DNA of 52,741 nt, from assembly GCA_013152815.1 (NCBI GenBank), contig JAADFO010000048.1, positions 1 through 52,741 of the forward strand. Direction: 5' to 3'. The DNA comes from Nanobdellati archaeon. Lineage in GTDB: Archaea; Nanobdellota; Nanobdellia; Woesearchaeales; JAADFO01. Within the stretch, counting starts at the first letter, position 1. Each line of letters starts with the position of its first letter. Below are positions 16,947-27,063 of this stretch, piece by piece. The notes under the pieces were generated by a model. That model had not been told where the DNA came from. It was given only the letters and a program-made list of their open reading frames with translations, and ran no database searches. Position numbers and translations under genes: made by a program.

Positions 16947-19900
16947 ATGGGGAGTTCGGTACCTATGCCCAGATATGAACAGGGTGGACCACTATCAACA
17001 GGTGTCTTGCTGCTAGTCTTCTTGCTCGCCATCATGTCGCTCCTGTCCCTTTCAGACCTGCCTTTCGTCGATGCTGCAGCAGGAAAATATTGCAATAGCA
17101 CGACGACACCCTGCCAATGCGGTGCCATCTGCAACGGAGGGAACGAAGTGGCCAACGGCTACAACACCATCGATTCCTGCCAGGACGGGACATCCCAATC
17201 CTTCGAATACGTCAATGACGTCACGGCCAGTGTCCTGAACGGCTCGACGTTCATCGTCAATACTCGGGTGGAGATAGATGCTGAAGTGGACTGCGACCCT
17301 GACCTTGATGAGGTATCCATCGCCTACAACAACGGGAGCGGATTCCGCAACATCTATGACACGACCTGCACCTATCCGAACAAGATACACAAGAAGGTCA
17401 ATCTCACGCTGGATAACGTCGCAGGCAACCATACGGTGCGGGCCATCATCACCTATGGAGGCACCACCGGCATGACCTGCGGCTATGACTATGACACCAT
17501 CTATTCAGACACGGATGATGTGACCTTTCAGGTCATCACCCTCGCCGACACCACACCCCCTCAGGTCGGAGGGATCGTGCCTGCTGCGGGGACGACTTTC
17601 TCCTACAGCCCGGGTCAGGCCATCACCCTGTCGGCATCCATCAACGACAGCTCGAGCATGGACACGACGTATGCGCTGGTGAGCTTCGGAGCGAAGAGCC
17701 AGAAGGTTGTCCTGAGCGACCCCGAAGTTGACGGCACCTACAGCGGCTCCTTCCTCAACACAAGCTTCATCGGGAACTATAGCGTCCAATTCCATGCCAA
17801 TGACAGCGAGGGCAACCTCAACGGGAGCGAGTCCAGCTTCTTCTACATCAACGTATCGAACAACATCACCATGACCAGTCCGGTCAACGGCCATGCCTAT
17901 GGCAACACGTCGGTGTCAGTCGACTTCATCCTCCCCACCGGATTCATCCCTGAAACCGCACTCTTTTCGGTAAACAACCAGACCAACGTCACCACCGATG
18001 CCAGGGTGAACATCTCGAACCTGAGAACAGACATACAGCTGCCGCTCTTCCTGACGGCAAACGCATCCCAGAACATCTCCCAGTCATTCATCCCTCAGGA
18101 GAACATGTCTGTCCTGGACGTGATTATCGTCCTCAAGAAGAAGACCGATGCGAGTCTCGACTCCAGTATCGATATCCATAACGACAGCAACGGACAGCCA
18201 GGGACGTTGAGCATGGGTACCGGCGTCGTGAACGATTCCCTGCTGGACAACAGCTCCTCCACGAGCGTGACCATACGGCTGGACAGCATCGTGAACCTGA
18301 CCGACCAGACCAGATACTGGATAACCCTCAGGAGCAATGCAAGCTCACCTGAGGGGCTTCTTTGGGAGGCCAACGATGACAGCACCTATGCACAGGGCAA
18401 CGCGAGCGGGAATGTTTCGCTGGACCATCTGTTCGCCATCTTCGACGCCTATCATTACCGCCTATCCAGATCGTTTTCACAGGGAAGCAATACCATCATC
18501 ACCTATGCCAACGACTCCAACGGCGTGATCGTGGAGTCTTCCCCGATAGGGTTCACCATCGACACTGTCCCTCCCGGCACAGACTTCTTCAACGTCTCAT
18601 CACCTGTAGAACTGGGGGACCAGGTGACTTTCCTCGCGGGAGTCACCGATGCGAGTTCCTCGGTCTCCCGGGTCCTGGCCGAAACCATGGTCGACGGGAC
18701 GCTCACCAACATCACCCTGACCCTGAGCGGAGGAACCTACAGCGCTTCCTTCACGACGACAGCGACAGGAACCTTTGCAGTCTCGCTCTTCCTCAACGAC
18801 AGCCTGGACAACCGGCTCCGCGAGACAGGGTACACCTTCAATGTCACCGATACGACCACGCCGGCCGCTGCAAACCTCTCCTACAGCCCGAACACCAGCG
18901 ATTCCCTCGACCCGGGAACACCCATCATCGTGGGAGTCACCTTCAGCGACCTGGGAGGCATGACATCGGTCATCCTGCAATATCGCAACCAGACGCAGGA
19001 CTTCTGGAGCAACCGGAGCATGGAAAACAGCTCATCACGATACACCGGGAACTTCACCCCTGCGACGGCAGGGAACTGGACCTTCCGTACTGTTGGAACA
19101 GACAGGACAAACCTCAGCACCAACACCACCAACATCACCGTGGAGGTCGTCCTGGACCGGAGTTGGCAGGTGAGCTCCACGCTGAACTCCACCGGAGCGG
19201 TGCTGAACAGCAACATCAGCATAGGAAATTTTACCGTGAAGAACACGGGCGACCAGAACCTCACGCTTATGCTTTCGGTGAGCGCAGACACCGCAATCCC
19301 TGTCGCCTTCAACGACAGTCCCGACACCCTGGTTTCGGGAGCGAACAAGACCATCCGGGCCTATGCAGAGACCCCGGCATTCACCGGAGAGTTCTCCATC
19401 GGCATCCTGCTCAACGCCAGCCGGAACGATACACCCCGGCATGTCCAGCTCAACATGACCCTGGTGGCCTATGTCTCCGGCCCCACGCTCCTCGCCGAGA
19501 TCACGGACTATGACCCCAGCGTCACCATCGGAGACCAGCGTGTGCGCCTCGCCTCGTCCATCAAGAACGTGGGCAACGATACCGCCCAGGACGTCAACCT
19601 CTCCTGGAACCTGCCGACCGGCTGGACAGCCAAAGGAAACAGCACCTCGGCCATCGGCAGCATCCTGGTCGGTGAGACCAAGAACGAGGAACTTCTGGTC
19701 ACCATCGGAGGCAGCGCAGGGACGAAGACCATCAGCGTCGTCGCGTGGGGCAACAACAGCATCAACGATACGGATTCCCGGACCGTCACCGTCAGTGAAG
19801 CGAGCGGAGGAGGATCATCAGGAGGAGGGACCGACGGGTCAGGTGGAGGAGGTTCTGCAGGCGGAGGCGTGGTCAGGGAGACCATCGTCGAACTCAAGAA

Positions 19901-21272
19901 CATGAGCATGACCATCAGCACCGACAGGACAGGCGACAGCATCGAGATCCCCCGTGGAGGATCGGCCAACATCACCCTCATCATCAGGAACAGCGGGGCC
20001 ACAAACATCACGGCCATAACAATCAAGGACACCGGGGAGGGAGAGGAATATCTCTTTGGGACCGCCCTGAGCCAAGACCGGCTGGGATATCTCAGGCCAG
20101 GGATCAGCAGGAACGTGACCTTTCTGATCTCGGTCCCGTCCTACGTGGATGAAGGAAAATATCAGGTGACCATCACTGCAGAAGGAAGCTCTGGAAAAGA
20201 CAAGGTATCTGCAGACAAAAAGGTCATCATCGTTGTCCTCCTGACCGACAAGAGCTCCATCACCGCCTGCATCCTGGAGAACCGGCTGGCCATAGAACGC
20301 CTGCGGACCCAGGGGATGAACGTGGAACGGATAGAGAAGACCCTGGCTGATGCCAGAACCTCTTTCTCTGTACAGGACTATCCCGCCGCAGGAAGCAGAT
20401 GCGCCTCTGCCACAGGACTGGTCAAGCTCGCAAAAGAGGTCACCGCTGGACTGGATGCCTACAGAGAACGCGCAGCTGACGCAGCCGACAATGAGAATGA
20501 GATCATAGCAGAAGCGTATCAGCTTGTCCGAAGGGCCTATGACGACGGGGATTTCACCCTTGCAAAAAACCGGCTGGATGATCTGCAGGCCCTGATAACG
20601 ATCGACAAAGAACTCGCCCAGCCGGGCACCATCAACAGGCTATTCATGCTTCTTAAGGACCATCCGTTCAGGTCAGCAGCATCATTCCTGGCCGTGCTTT
20701 TCCTCCTGACGGCGATCTTCCGCTGGGCGACCATAAAGCAGGGGACCGACAGGCTCCAGATCTATCAGAAAGAGCTGGAAGCCATCAGGGGATCCATACA
20801 GAACATCCAGCATCAGCATTATGTGACCCAAACGGTAAGCAGGAGAGCGTACGAGCAAGGCATGGAGACCTATAGGAAAAGGGTCGCAGACATCAACAAC
20901 AGGATGATGCACATCAGGCTCCGACGTGTGAAAGCGAGACATGGACGACTGACCAGGGAAGACCTCCAGGACGAAAAGAAGAAGATCCTTGAGATGGAGA
21001 AGGAACTGCAGAAGATGTTCTACCTGCACAAGCTGATACCAAGGGCAGACTATGAACAAGGATTGTCCTCTTTCAGGAAGAGTCTCAATGAGATCGACAA
21101 GAAGCTGCTATATGAAGAGAGAAAAGGATATGAAAAGAAGAAAGGACATGCAGAGAAAAAGGCGGAGAGAAGAACGGAAAAACAACAGAAAAGTCAGGAA
21201 AGAGACGCCCAAAGAACAAGAGAAAAGAAGAAAACAAGAAAACGAGAGAAAAGAAGAAAAGCATCAGCATGA
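16947..21272 (+). CDS. Large membrane-anchored surface glycoprotein (~1440 aa)
   Basis: Signal peptide, Cys-rich N-terminal domain, Ig/CARDB-like beta domains, Gly-rich linker, helical stalk, TM (SAASFLAVLFLLTAIF) and a cytoplasmic helical domain with a Lys/Arg tail. Confidence 0.85.
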   Translation: MGSSVPMPRYEQGGPLSTGVLLLVFLLAIMSLLSLSDLPFVDAAAGKYCNSTTTPCQCGAICNGGNEVANGYNTIDSCQDGTSQSFEYVNDVTASVLNGSTFIVNTRVEIDAEVDCDPDLDEVSIAYNNGSGFRNIYDTTCTYPNKIHKKVNLTLDNVAGNHTVRAIITYGGTTGMTCGYDYDTIYSDTDDVTFQVITLADTTPPQVGGIVPAAGTTFSYSPGQAITLSASINDSSSMDTTYALVSFGAKSQKVVLSDPEVDGTYSGSFLNTSFIGNYSVQFHANDSEGNLNGSESSFFYINVSNNITMTSPVNGHAYGNTSVSVDFILPTGFIPETALFSVNNQTNVTTDARVNISNLRTDIQLPLFLTANASQNISQSFIPQENMSVLDVIIVLKKKTDASLDSSIDIHNDSNGQPGTLSMGTGVVNDSLLDNSSSTSVTIRLDSIVNLTDQTRYWITLRSNASSPEGLLWEANDDSTYAQGNASGNVSLDHLFAIFDAYHYRLSRSFSQGSNTIITYANDSNGVIVESSPIGFTIDTVPPGTDFFNVSSPVELGDQVTFLAGVTDASSSVSRVLAETMVDGTLTNITLTLSGGTYSASFTTTATGTFAVSLFLNDSLDNRLRETGYTFNVTDTTTPAAANLSYSPNTSDSLDPGTPIIVGVTFSDLGGMTSVILQYRNQTQDFWSNRSMENSSSRYTGNFTPATAGNWTFRTVGTDRTNLSTNTTNITVEVVLDRSWQVSSTLNSTGAVLNSNISIGNFTVKNTGDQNLTLMLSVSADTAIPVAFNDSPDTLVSGANKTIRAYAETPAFTGEFSIGILLNASRNDTPRHVQLNMTLVAYVSGPTLLAEITDYDPSVTIGDQRVRLASSIKNVGNDTAQDVNLSWNLPTGWTAKGNSTSAIGSILVGETKNEELLVTIGGSAGTKTISVVAWGNNSINDTDSRTVTVSEASGGGSSGGGTDGSGGGGSAGGGVVRETIVELKNMSMTISTDRTGDSIEIPRGGSANITLIIRNSGATNITAITIKDTGEGEEYLFGTALSQDRLGYLRPGISRNVTFLISVPSYVDEGKYQVTITAEGSSGKDKVSADKKVIIVVLLTDKSSITACILENRLAIERLRTQGMNVERIEKTLADARTSFSVQDYPAAGSRCASATGLVKLAKEVTAGLDAYRERAADAADNENEIIAEAYQLVRRAYDDGDFTLAKNRLDDLQALITIDKELAQPGTINRLFMLLKDHPFRSAASFLAVLFLLTAIFRWATIKQGTDRLQIYQKELEAIRGSIQNIQHQHYVTQTVSRRAYEQGMETYRKRVADINNRMMHIRLRRVKARHGRLTREDLQDEKKKILEMEKELQKMFYLHKLIPRADYEQGLSSFRKSLNEIDKKLLYEERKGYEKKKGHAEKKAERRTEKQQKSQERDAQRTREKKKTRKREKRRKASA

Positions 21273-21281
21273 GATGAACAC

Positions 21282-22772
21282 ATGAAAAGAGCAAGAGAGC
21301 AGAGAAGGCAGGAAAGAGTCATCCGAAGAACAAGCCATGCCCAGCCTGCCTCGCACCATCTCATCCAGCTTATCCATCTCACCGTCTTTCTTCTCATCGT
21401 CAGCTTATATGTATTGGGTGTGCCTGTGCAGACAGCAGCAGGTCTGGAAAGCATAACACTCGACCAGCTGGAGGCCCTGCAGCAGAAAGCAGACGATCTC
21501 CAGGCAAGCGGCATCAACATGGAGCAGGTCCACCCTCTGCTGAACCAGACCAGGGAGTATCTTCTTCATCATGAACAGCAGTTAGCTATGCAGAAATATC
21601 AGAAGGCCGTCACCTTGATCGGAGAGATACAACGGTTGCAGACAGCACTTGACACAGAGCAGAAGCTCATCGCCGATATGCAGAAGAGGAACATGGATAC
21701 CGGAGCGGCGGAAGAGCATCTTGCACAAGCGAGCGAAGAATTCATCCTGGGGAACACCAAAGGAGCAGACCGGCATCTCAGAGAGACAGAAGAAGCGGCG
21801 AGCAGGATCATCCGGGAACGCTATGGACCCCTCCTTGACCGCGTGAAGGACCTGGCAGAAGCACCGCCGGGAACCGGAACAGTGTCGTCGGAAAGGACGC
21901 TCAGCAGAGAATGGATGGACAGGACAGACACGCTCATCGATGAGTCTTTGAGCAAAGGAGATCTGGACCGTCTCGATGCCATGGAACAGAACATAGGGAG
22001 GATAGAACAGTTCATGGGCACACTTCAGGAGGACAGGAAAACAGAGGACCTGCTCCTTCTCGAAGACGAGACCATGTTCGACGACCTTGAGGCAGAGATC
22101 ATCCTCCGGATCGAACTCAACCAACTCGACGGAGCAGCACTGAGGATGGGAAGGCTCAAGCAGCTTCTCGCAGAGGCGTCGCAGACAAAGGAGAGCATCG
22201 ATAATCTTCAGGGACAAATAGAGAAGCACAGGGATGATCTTGATCTGGAACCAGAGAAACAGGAACTCATCGTCATCAGGAAGCTCTTCTCAAAACACCA
22301 GTTCTCCAGAGCAAAGGAACAAGCAGACGGGCTTTTGCAAAAGATAGATGATAGGAGAGCACAACATCTCATCATGAAGAGCCTGGAACAGCCCAAGACC
22401 ATCGGATTTTCAGAGATGCTCAGAAGATACTGGAGTCAGGGGCTTTTTGTCCTGGTGATCATCATCTTCCTCGCCCTTCTTGTCTCGACACCCTTAAAAG
22501 AATCGATGGTCAACAGGAAGATAGAAAAGTATAAGAAAGAACAGGAGACCATCCTCTCACTGATACGGCGACGACAGACCGAGTACTTCAAGGAAAGGGC
22601 CATATCCAAGACCGATTACGACGAATCCTACGAACGGTTCCAAGACCGTCTTGCAATCATCGAAAGCAGATTACCGCCACTAGAAAAGAGACTGGAAGAG
22701 ATAAAAGAGAAGGGAAAAGATAAAAAAGACCAGAAGAGACAGAACGGAAACAAAGAGGAAGAACATCGGTAA
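21282..22772 (+). CDS. Coiled-coil membrane protein with N-terminal signal/TM and C-terminal TM
   Basis: Hydrophobic LIHLTVFLLIVSLYVLGV, a long helical E/L/Q/R-rich body, TM GLFVLVIIIFLALLV and a cytoplasmic QTEYFKERAISKTDY motif. Confidence 0.8.
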   Translation: MKRAREQRRQERVIRRTSHAQPASHHLIQLIHLTVFLLIVSLYVLGVPVQTAAGLESITLDQLEALQQKADDLQASGINMEQVHPLLNQTREYLLHHEQQLAMQKYQKAVTLIGEIQRLQTALDTEQKLIADMQKRNMDTGAAEEHLAQASEEFILGNTKGADRHLRETEEAASRIIRERYGPLLDRVKDLAEAPPGTGTVSSERTLSREWMDRTDTLIDESLSKGDLDRLDAMEQNIGRIEQFMGTLQEDRKTEDLLLLEDETMFDDLEAEIILRIELNQLDGAALRMGRLKQLLAEASQTKESIDNLQGQIEKHRDDLDLEPEKQELIVIRKLFSKHQFSRAKEQADGLLQKIDDRRAQHLIMKSLEQPKTIGFSEMLRRYWSQGLFVLVIIIFLALLVSTPLKESMVNRKIEKYKKEQETILSLIRRRQTEYFKERAISKTDYDESYERFQDRLAIIESRLPPLEKRLEEIKEKGKDKKDQKRQNGNKEEEHR

Positions 22773-22829
22773 AGGGACGGAAGAACCGACCGACAGAGAA
22801 CAGGCAAGACAACATACACGAGGCGAACC

Positions 22830-23357
22830 ATGGCTGAACTAGGAGAATCACTTGAAAAGAACCAGATAGTCCTCTGCGTGCTCGCGAAAGAGGGTTATCG
22901 GCAGGGACGGGTCGAACTTATCAGAAAAGCCAAGGACAGCATCCAAAAGATAGCCTATGTCACTTCAAACCTCCCGTATCAGAGCATAGTCGACGAGCTC
23001 AGAAAAGAAAACATCCCCCTGGAGGGTTTCTATTTCATCGATGCAGTCACGAGGACCGTGCAGGAACCGCCCCCTGCTGAAAACTGCACCTTTGTTGAAG
23101 GGCCCACCGCGCTCACCGACATCAGCCTTGCCTTCTCAGAGGCCATCAATGAACGGCAGTGCGACGGCTCGTTCATAGACACGATCTCCACCTTCGGCAT
23201 CTATCAGGATAAGGGCGCAGTCGTCAAACTCGTCCACAACCTGGTGACCAAATCAAGGGTAGCGGGAAAGAAAGGGATCTTCCTGGCGCTCAGAGAAGAC
23301 GGGGAAACGTTCATCAAGGACATCTCCCTCTTCATGGATACCGTCCTCGAGTTCTGA
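22830..23357 (+). CDS. Inactivated KaiC/RecA-fold protein (paralog of 8066..8653)
   Basis: AYVTSNLPYQSI...FYFIDAVT...ENCTFV..P..LTDIS...FIDTISTF...ISLFMDTVLEF. No Walker A. Confidence 0.72.
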   Translation: MAELGESLEKNQIVLCVLAKEGYRQGRVELIRKAKDSIQKIAYVTSNLPYQSIVDELRKENIPLEGFYFIDAVTRTVQEPPPAENCTFVEGPTALTDISLAFSEAINERQCDGSFIDTISTFGIYQDKGAVVKLVHNLVTKSRVAGKKGIFLALREDGETFIKDISLFMDTVLEF

Positions 23358-23489
23358 GTCAGACCGGAAAGACGGATCCATCCGGCTCGTCGCGGCGTTC
23401 TGTCATTCTTTTTCTTCACACATCCTGATGAATGAAGGATAATGAATCAATGCATACATCCAGAAACCATAGGAAACTATAAGAAGGAC

Positions 23490-23510
23490 GTAGCTACATT
23501 GTAGCTACAT
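23490..23510. promoter_or_regulatory. Tandem palindromic operator-like site (2 x GTAGCTACAT, 11-bp period)
   Basis: GTAGCTACAT-T-GTAGCTACAT, where each GTAGCTAC is self-complementary. Lies between a TATA-like GAAACTATAAG (23473-23483) and ATG 23509. Confidence 0.6.
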
Positions 23511-23685
23511 GGGCAAGCGGAGGAAACAGAAGCGGCACAAAAGGCGCAGGACATCGGTCATGATGACGCTCAAAGGCAGCGAGGTCCTCGAGAAGATACC
23601 GCGGTTGGGCGGGAACAGCGGCCGGGTCTATGTCCCCAAATCATGGATCGGCAAGAAGGTCAAGGTGGTGCTGCTCGATGAATAG
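23509..23685 (+). CDS. DUF2080-like small AbrB-fold DNA-binding protein (58 aa, absent from the ORF track)
   Basis: Hand translation: MGKRRKQKRHKRRRTSVMMTLKGSEVLEKIPRLGGNSGRVYVPKSWIGKKVKVVLLDE*. GNSGRVYVPKSWIGKKVKVV is the DUF2080 signature. Confidence 0.85.
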   Translation: MGKRRKQKRHKRRRTSVMMTLKGSEVLEKIPRLGGNSGRVYVPKSWIGKKVKVVLLDE

Positions 23686-23707
23686 GACGACCATGAATAG
23701 GACGACC
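23678..23707 (+). repeat. 15-bp tandem duplication (ATGAATAGGACGACC x2) at a stop/start junction
   Basis: Encodes MNRTT-MNRTT. The first copy contains the TAG stop of the DUF2080-like gene. Confidence 0.9.
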
Positions 23708-25639
23708 AGAACGAGAAGGACCATCTCCCAAAAAGGTATCATCGGTCGCTTCCTGCCGATCTTCCTCGGCATGTTGCTTCTCATGATCCTTCTTGTCCTG
23801 GGTCAGCCACCTTCACCCCACGGCATCGCAGGGACCATCTACCTCATCGACGGTTCCACCCAGGTGGGATTGGGAACGCCTTTCACGGTGAACGATTCGA
23901 CGTCAGGAGATTTCATCAGGGACGTGACCAGTGTCCCGGTACCAGGATACACCGGCAGGTATTCGGTGAGCATCGACGGCAATGATGGCGACCTGATCAT
24001 CGTCAGATCCTGGAACGCATCCCACTATGGCGAGAACAACCGGACGCTGCTGGGTGATATGGCCGGTGTCGACATCATCCTGAACAGGACACGCCCTCCT
24101 GAGGCGAACATCACCATCCTCTTCCCGCCTGACGGTCAGGTCTTCAACGCAAGCATCACGAGCAACGTAACCGCCAACATCACCTGGTTCGGAGGATCAG
24201 GCAGCCAGTGCAACACCACCCTCTCCATCGTCAATGAGAGCATCATCAACAGCTCACCCGGACAGCAGAAGACCCTCTCCATCGGAGCGGTCACCGCAGG
24301 GACCTCTTCGCTCCAGGTGTGGAACATCACCGCAGGACAGGTGAGCAGCACCAACCTCAGCGTCACGGCAGACTGCCTGGAATCAGGTATCCTGCTGGAG
24401 GCCAACGGCATCGACCATGCCCTGAACCTGACCGTCGTGGACACCACGCCGCCGCTGATCATCCCCTACGCTCCTCTGAACAGCACGAGCACCTCCAACA
24501 GGACGACCTCCTTCGTCTTCTTCGCCAACGACAGCGGCGTGGGAGTCGCAAACTGCTCGCTGGTGGTCAACGGCTCCATCACAGTAACGAACACCTCGAT
24601 CAATGGAGCGATGAACCAGACGCTGCAACAGACCTTCAACATCGGTTCCTACAGCTGGCAGATCCAATGCTACGACTTCCAGGGAAACCAGAGGATAACC
24701 GGCAGCTATCTCCTCAACGTGACCCTCCCCGACCTCTTCGTCAATGCATCGCTCATCCTCTTCCCGAAAGCAGAGTTCCAGGAGAACGAGAACATCACCA
24801 TCAACGCCACCATCGCGAACATCGGCAACGTGGCAGCCACCGATGCCATCGTCAGGTTCCTTGAACTGGACCCATTGGGAGCGTACCATCAACTCGGACA
24901 GAACACCACCGTGACCATCCCGGCAGGAGGAAGCACGGTCATCATGGCCAACTACACCACAAAGGCAGGGACATCCTCCATCATCGTCCAGGCAGACATC
25001 CCCCTCGCCACCAACGGAAGCATCAGCGAGGACAACGAATCCAACAATGAAGGCAACCGCACCATCTCCATATCCATCTGGCAGATCTACTATGGAGACG
25101 TGGCCAAGGATATCATCCTCGGGGCAGAGAACAACGCATCATTGTCTGCCTGGTACAATGCCACCATCATCTCAGGCAACCTCTATGTGGTCGACTCAGA
25201 CTCGTCGGTCTCCTGGAGTTCCCTCCAGGCACTGTCAAGAGACACCGGAGACGCCCTGCAGATGGGAGACTTCCCTGAACTTGATATGACGCTGAACATC
25301 AGCTACAGCGAGGACTCGGTCAACCGCACCTACACAGAGAACGGCGTGATCCGCAACACGACCACCTATACGGTCTTTGATGTGCCCATCTTCAACGTGC
25401 CCTCAGTAAATTCCACCAATACCAGCTCCTTCATGACCGGCATCCTCTGGGACCAGAGTGACGGCAACACCCAGTACAATGGTTCCCAGGATGTGGTCTT
25501 CGTCACCAAGATAAGTCCCACACCCATCCAGGGAGCATACGGCATCTATAACTATGAGATACGGGTGCCGGCGAATCTCAGGACATATATACAACCCAGC
25601 AACAGCCAGGAGGTATCATTCTATGTCGAGCTCAAGTAG
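23678..25639 (+). CDS. Secreted glycoprotein (~650 aa): Ig-like and CARDB-like domains plus the C-terminal domain shared with the gene at <1-2140
   Basis: Signal peptide FLPIFLGMLLLMILLVLG; PDLFVNAS...EDNESNNEG; ends EVSFYVELK. The track start at 23630 overlaps the DUF2080-like gene, so 23678 or 23693 is preferred. Confidence 0.85.
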   Translation: MNRTTMNRTTRTRRTISQKGIIGRFLPIFLGMLLLMILLVLGQPPSPHGIAGTIYLIDGSTQVGLGTPFTVNDSTSGDFIRDVTSVPVPGYTGRYSVSIDGNDGDLIIVRSWNASHYGENNRTLLGDMAGVDIILNRTRPPEANITILFPPDGQVFNASITSNVTANITWFGGSGSQCNTTLSIVNESIINSSPGQQKTLSIGAVTAGTSSLQVWNITAGQVSSTNLSVTADCLESGILLEANGIDHALNLTVVDTTPPLIIPYAPLNSTSTSNRTTSFVFFANDSGVGVANCSLVVNGSITVTNTSINGAMNQTLQQTFNIGSYSWQIQCYDFQGNQRITGSYLLNVTLPDLFVNASLILFPKAEFQENENITINATIANIGNVAATDAIVRFLELDPLGAYHQLGQNTTVTIPAGGSTVIMANYTTKAGTSSIIVQADIPLATNGSISEDNESNNEGNRTISISIWQIYYGDVAKDIILGAENNASLSAWYNATIISGNLYVVDSDSSVSWSSLQALSRDTGDALQMGDFPELDMTLNISYSEDSVNRTYTENGVIRNTTTYTVFDVPIFNVPSVNSTNTSSFMTGILWDQSDGNTQYNGSQDVVFVTKISPTPIQGAYGIYNYEIRVPANLRTYIQPSNSQEVSFYVELK

Positions 25640-26897
25640 AGCCAGAGCAGCCATCCCCTCCTGCCCGGCCATCTTCTGCACCGGTCATCGGTGGCCATCC
25701 CATCAGCTCATCATCCTGGTCCTTGCCCTCCTTTCCAGCATGGCGGTCCTTCCTGCAACCAGGGGATATGCCATCGGCATGAGCAGTTCCAGCCTTGATT
25801 TCGGCGAGCTCCCACCGGACAGCTCCTTTCAGAGGAACATCCAGTTCAGCACAGACAGCAAGACCCCGGTGGTGCTTGAGCTGACGGTCGACGGAGCTCT
25901 CGGTCAGTGGATGACCTTCCCGAAAACCGTCGAAGTCAGGAAAGGACTGCCCCGATCCATCGCCCTGCGTCTCATCATCCCTGACCAGGTTCCCCTGGGA
26001 ACCTACCGAGGACTTCTGGTCGTCACCGGCAGACAGGATACGGCAGTGCAAGGACAGACCCCGGTCCTCATCACCCCAGGCATCATAAGGGAGATGCAGG
26101 TGGAGATCACCGAACAGGGGAAAACCCCCTGCGTAGTCAAGGCGATCTCTTTCGTCGAGAACGGAGACTACCTCCGCATCAGGGCAGACGTGAAGAGCCA
26201 GGTGAACCTTGAGATCAAACCGACTCTCCTGCTGAGCTATTTTTCTGATGATAGTTCATCCGACGGGATAAAAAAGACAAAAAAAACAAAAGAATGGACC
26301 ATGGATCCTCTGGCTCCGTTCTCATCCGATTTCTTCGAGGTGCATTGGAAGCCCCCCTGGAGACCAGGATCCCATAGGATCAAGGCAAGAATTGGCATCT
26401 GCAACTATTCGACATCAGAAGAGATCTCCTACCGCACCATGAGGACACTGGGCAAAGGGAACGTGTTCCCTGCCATCAAGATCGGCAGGAAAGAGGCGAC
26501 AGCAGGAAACCCGTTTCCTGTCCAGGCCACCTTCACCAACCTTGAAGGGGAGAGCCTGGATGTGCAGCTCGTCGGCAGAGCAGTCTACCCGAACGGATCC
26601 AGCACCCCCTTCTCAACAGAACCATTGAGGGTGGAAAGCAATCAGACCCAGATGTTCATCGCCTATCTGACCCTTCCAAAAGGGACCTATTCCATCGAAG
26701 CCAAGTTCATCTATGGCCCCTGGGAGAGCATCGAAAGAGGCACGACCGTGACTATCAGGAGAGGGACCGCAGAAGAGGGCAAAGGAGAGAGCTTCTCTTT
26801 CCACACGATCGGACGCATCGTCGCCCTGCTCGTATTGCTGGCCGCAGGAATCTTTGCAGGACGCCTGATCCGAAAAAGACGCTCCGGAAAGGGATAA
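25623..26897 (+). CDS. Membrane-anchored beta-sandwich protein (signal peptide, ~3 Ig-like domains, C-terminal TM and basic tail)
   Basis: LIILVLALLSSMAVLP...YAIGMSSSSLDF; PLGTYRGLLVV; C-terminus IVALLVLLAAGIFAGRLIRKRR. Start uncertain. Confidence 0.75.
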   Translation: MSSSSRARAAIPSCPAIFCTGHRWPSHQLIILVLALLSSMAVLPATRGYAIGMSSSSLDFGELPPDSSFQRNIQFSTDSKTPVVLELTVDGALGQWMTFPKTVEVRKGLPRSIALRLIIPDQVPLGTYRGLLVVTGRQDTAVQGQTPVLITPGIIREMQVEITEQGKTPCVVKAISFVENGDYLRIRADVKSQVNLEIKPTLLLSYFSDDSSSDGIKKTKKTKEWTMDPLAPFSSDFFEVHWKPPWRPGSHRIKARIGICNYSTSEEISYRTMRTLGKGNVFPAIKIGRKEATAGNPFPVQATFTNLEGESLDVQLVGRAVYPNGSSTPFSTEPLRVESNQTQMFIAYLTLPKGTYSIEAKFIYGPWESIERGTTVTIRRGTAEEGKGESFSFHTIGRIVALLVLLAAGIFAGRLIRKRRSGKG

Positions 26898-27063
26898 CAA
26901 AAAGAGACAGTAAAAGATAAAAGAGACGATAAAAGATAGCAAGAGAAAAGGAAGAAAACATAAAAAGAGCGAGAAAATCCGGCAGCGATAACGGTCATTT
27001 TCTGAGCCCGACCCAGATTCACCAGATTACCCAAGACCACCCCTTTTGCAGTCCCGACCTATT

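Noticed and set aside
23509..23685. IS element suggested by DUF2080
   Set aside because: No transposase, TnpB, terminal repeats or target-site duplication seen.
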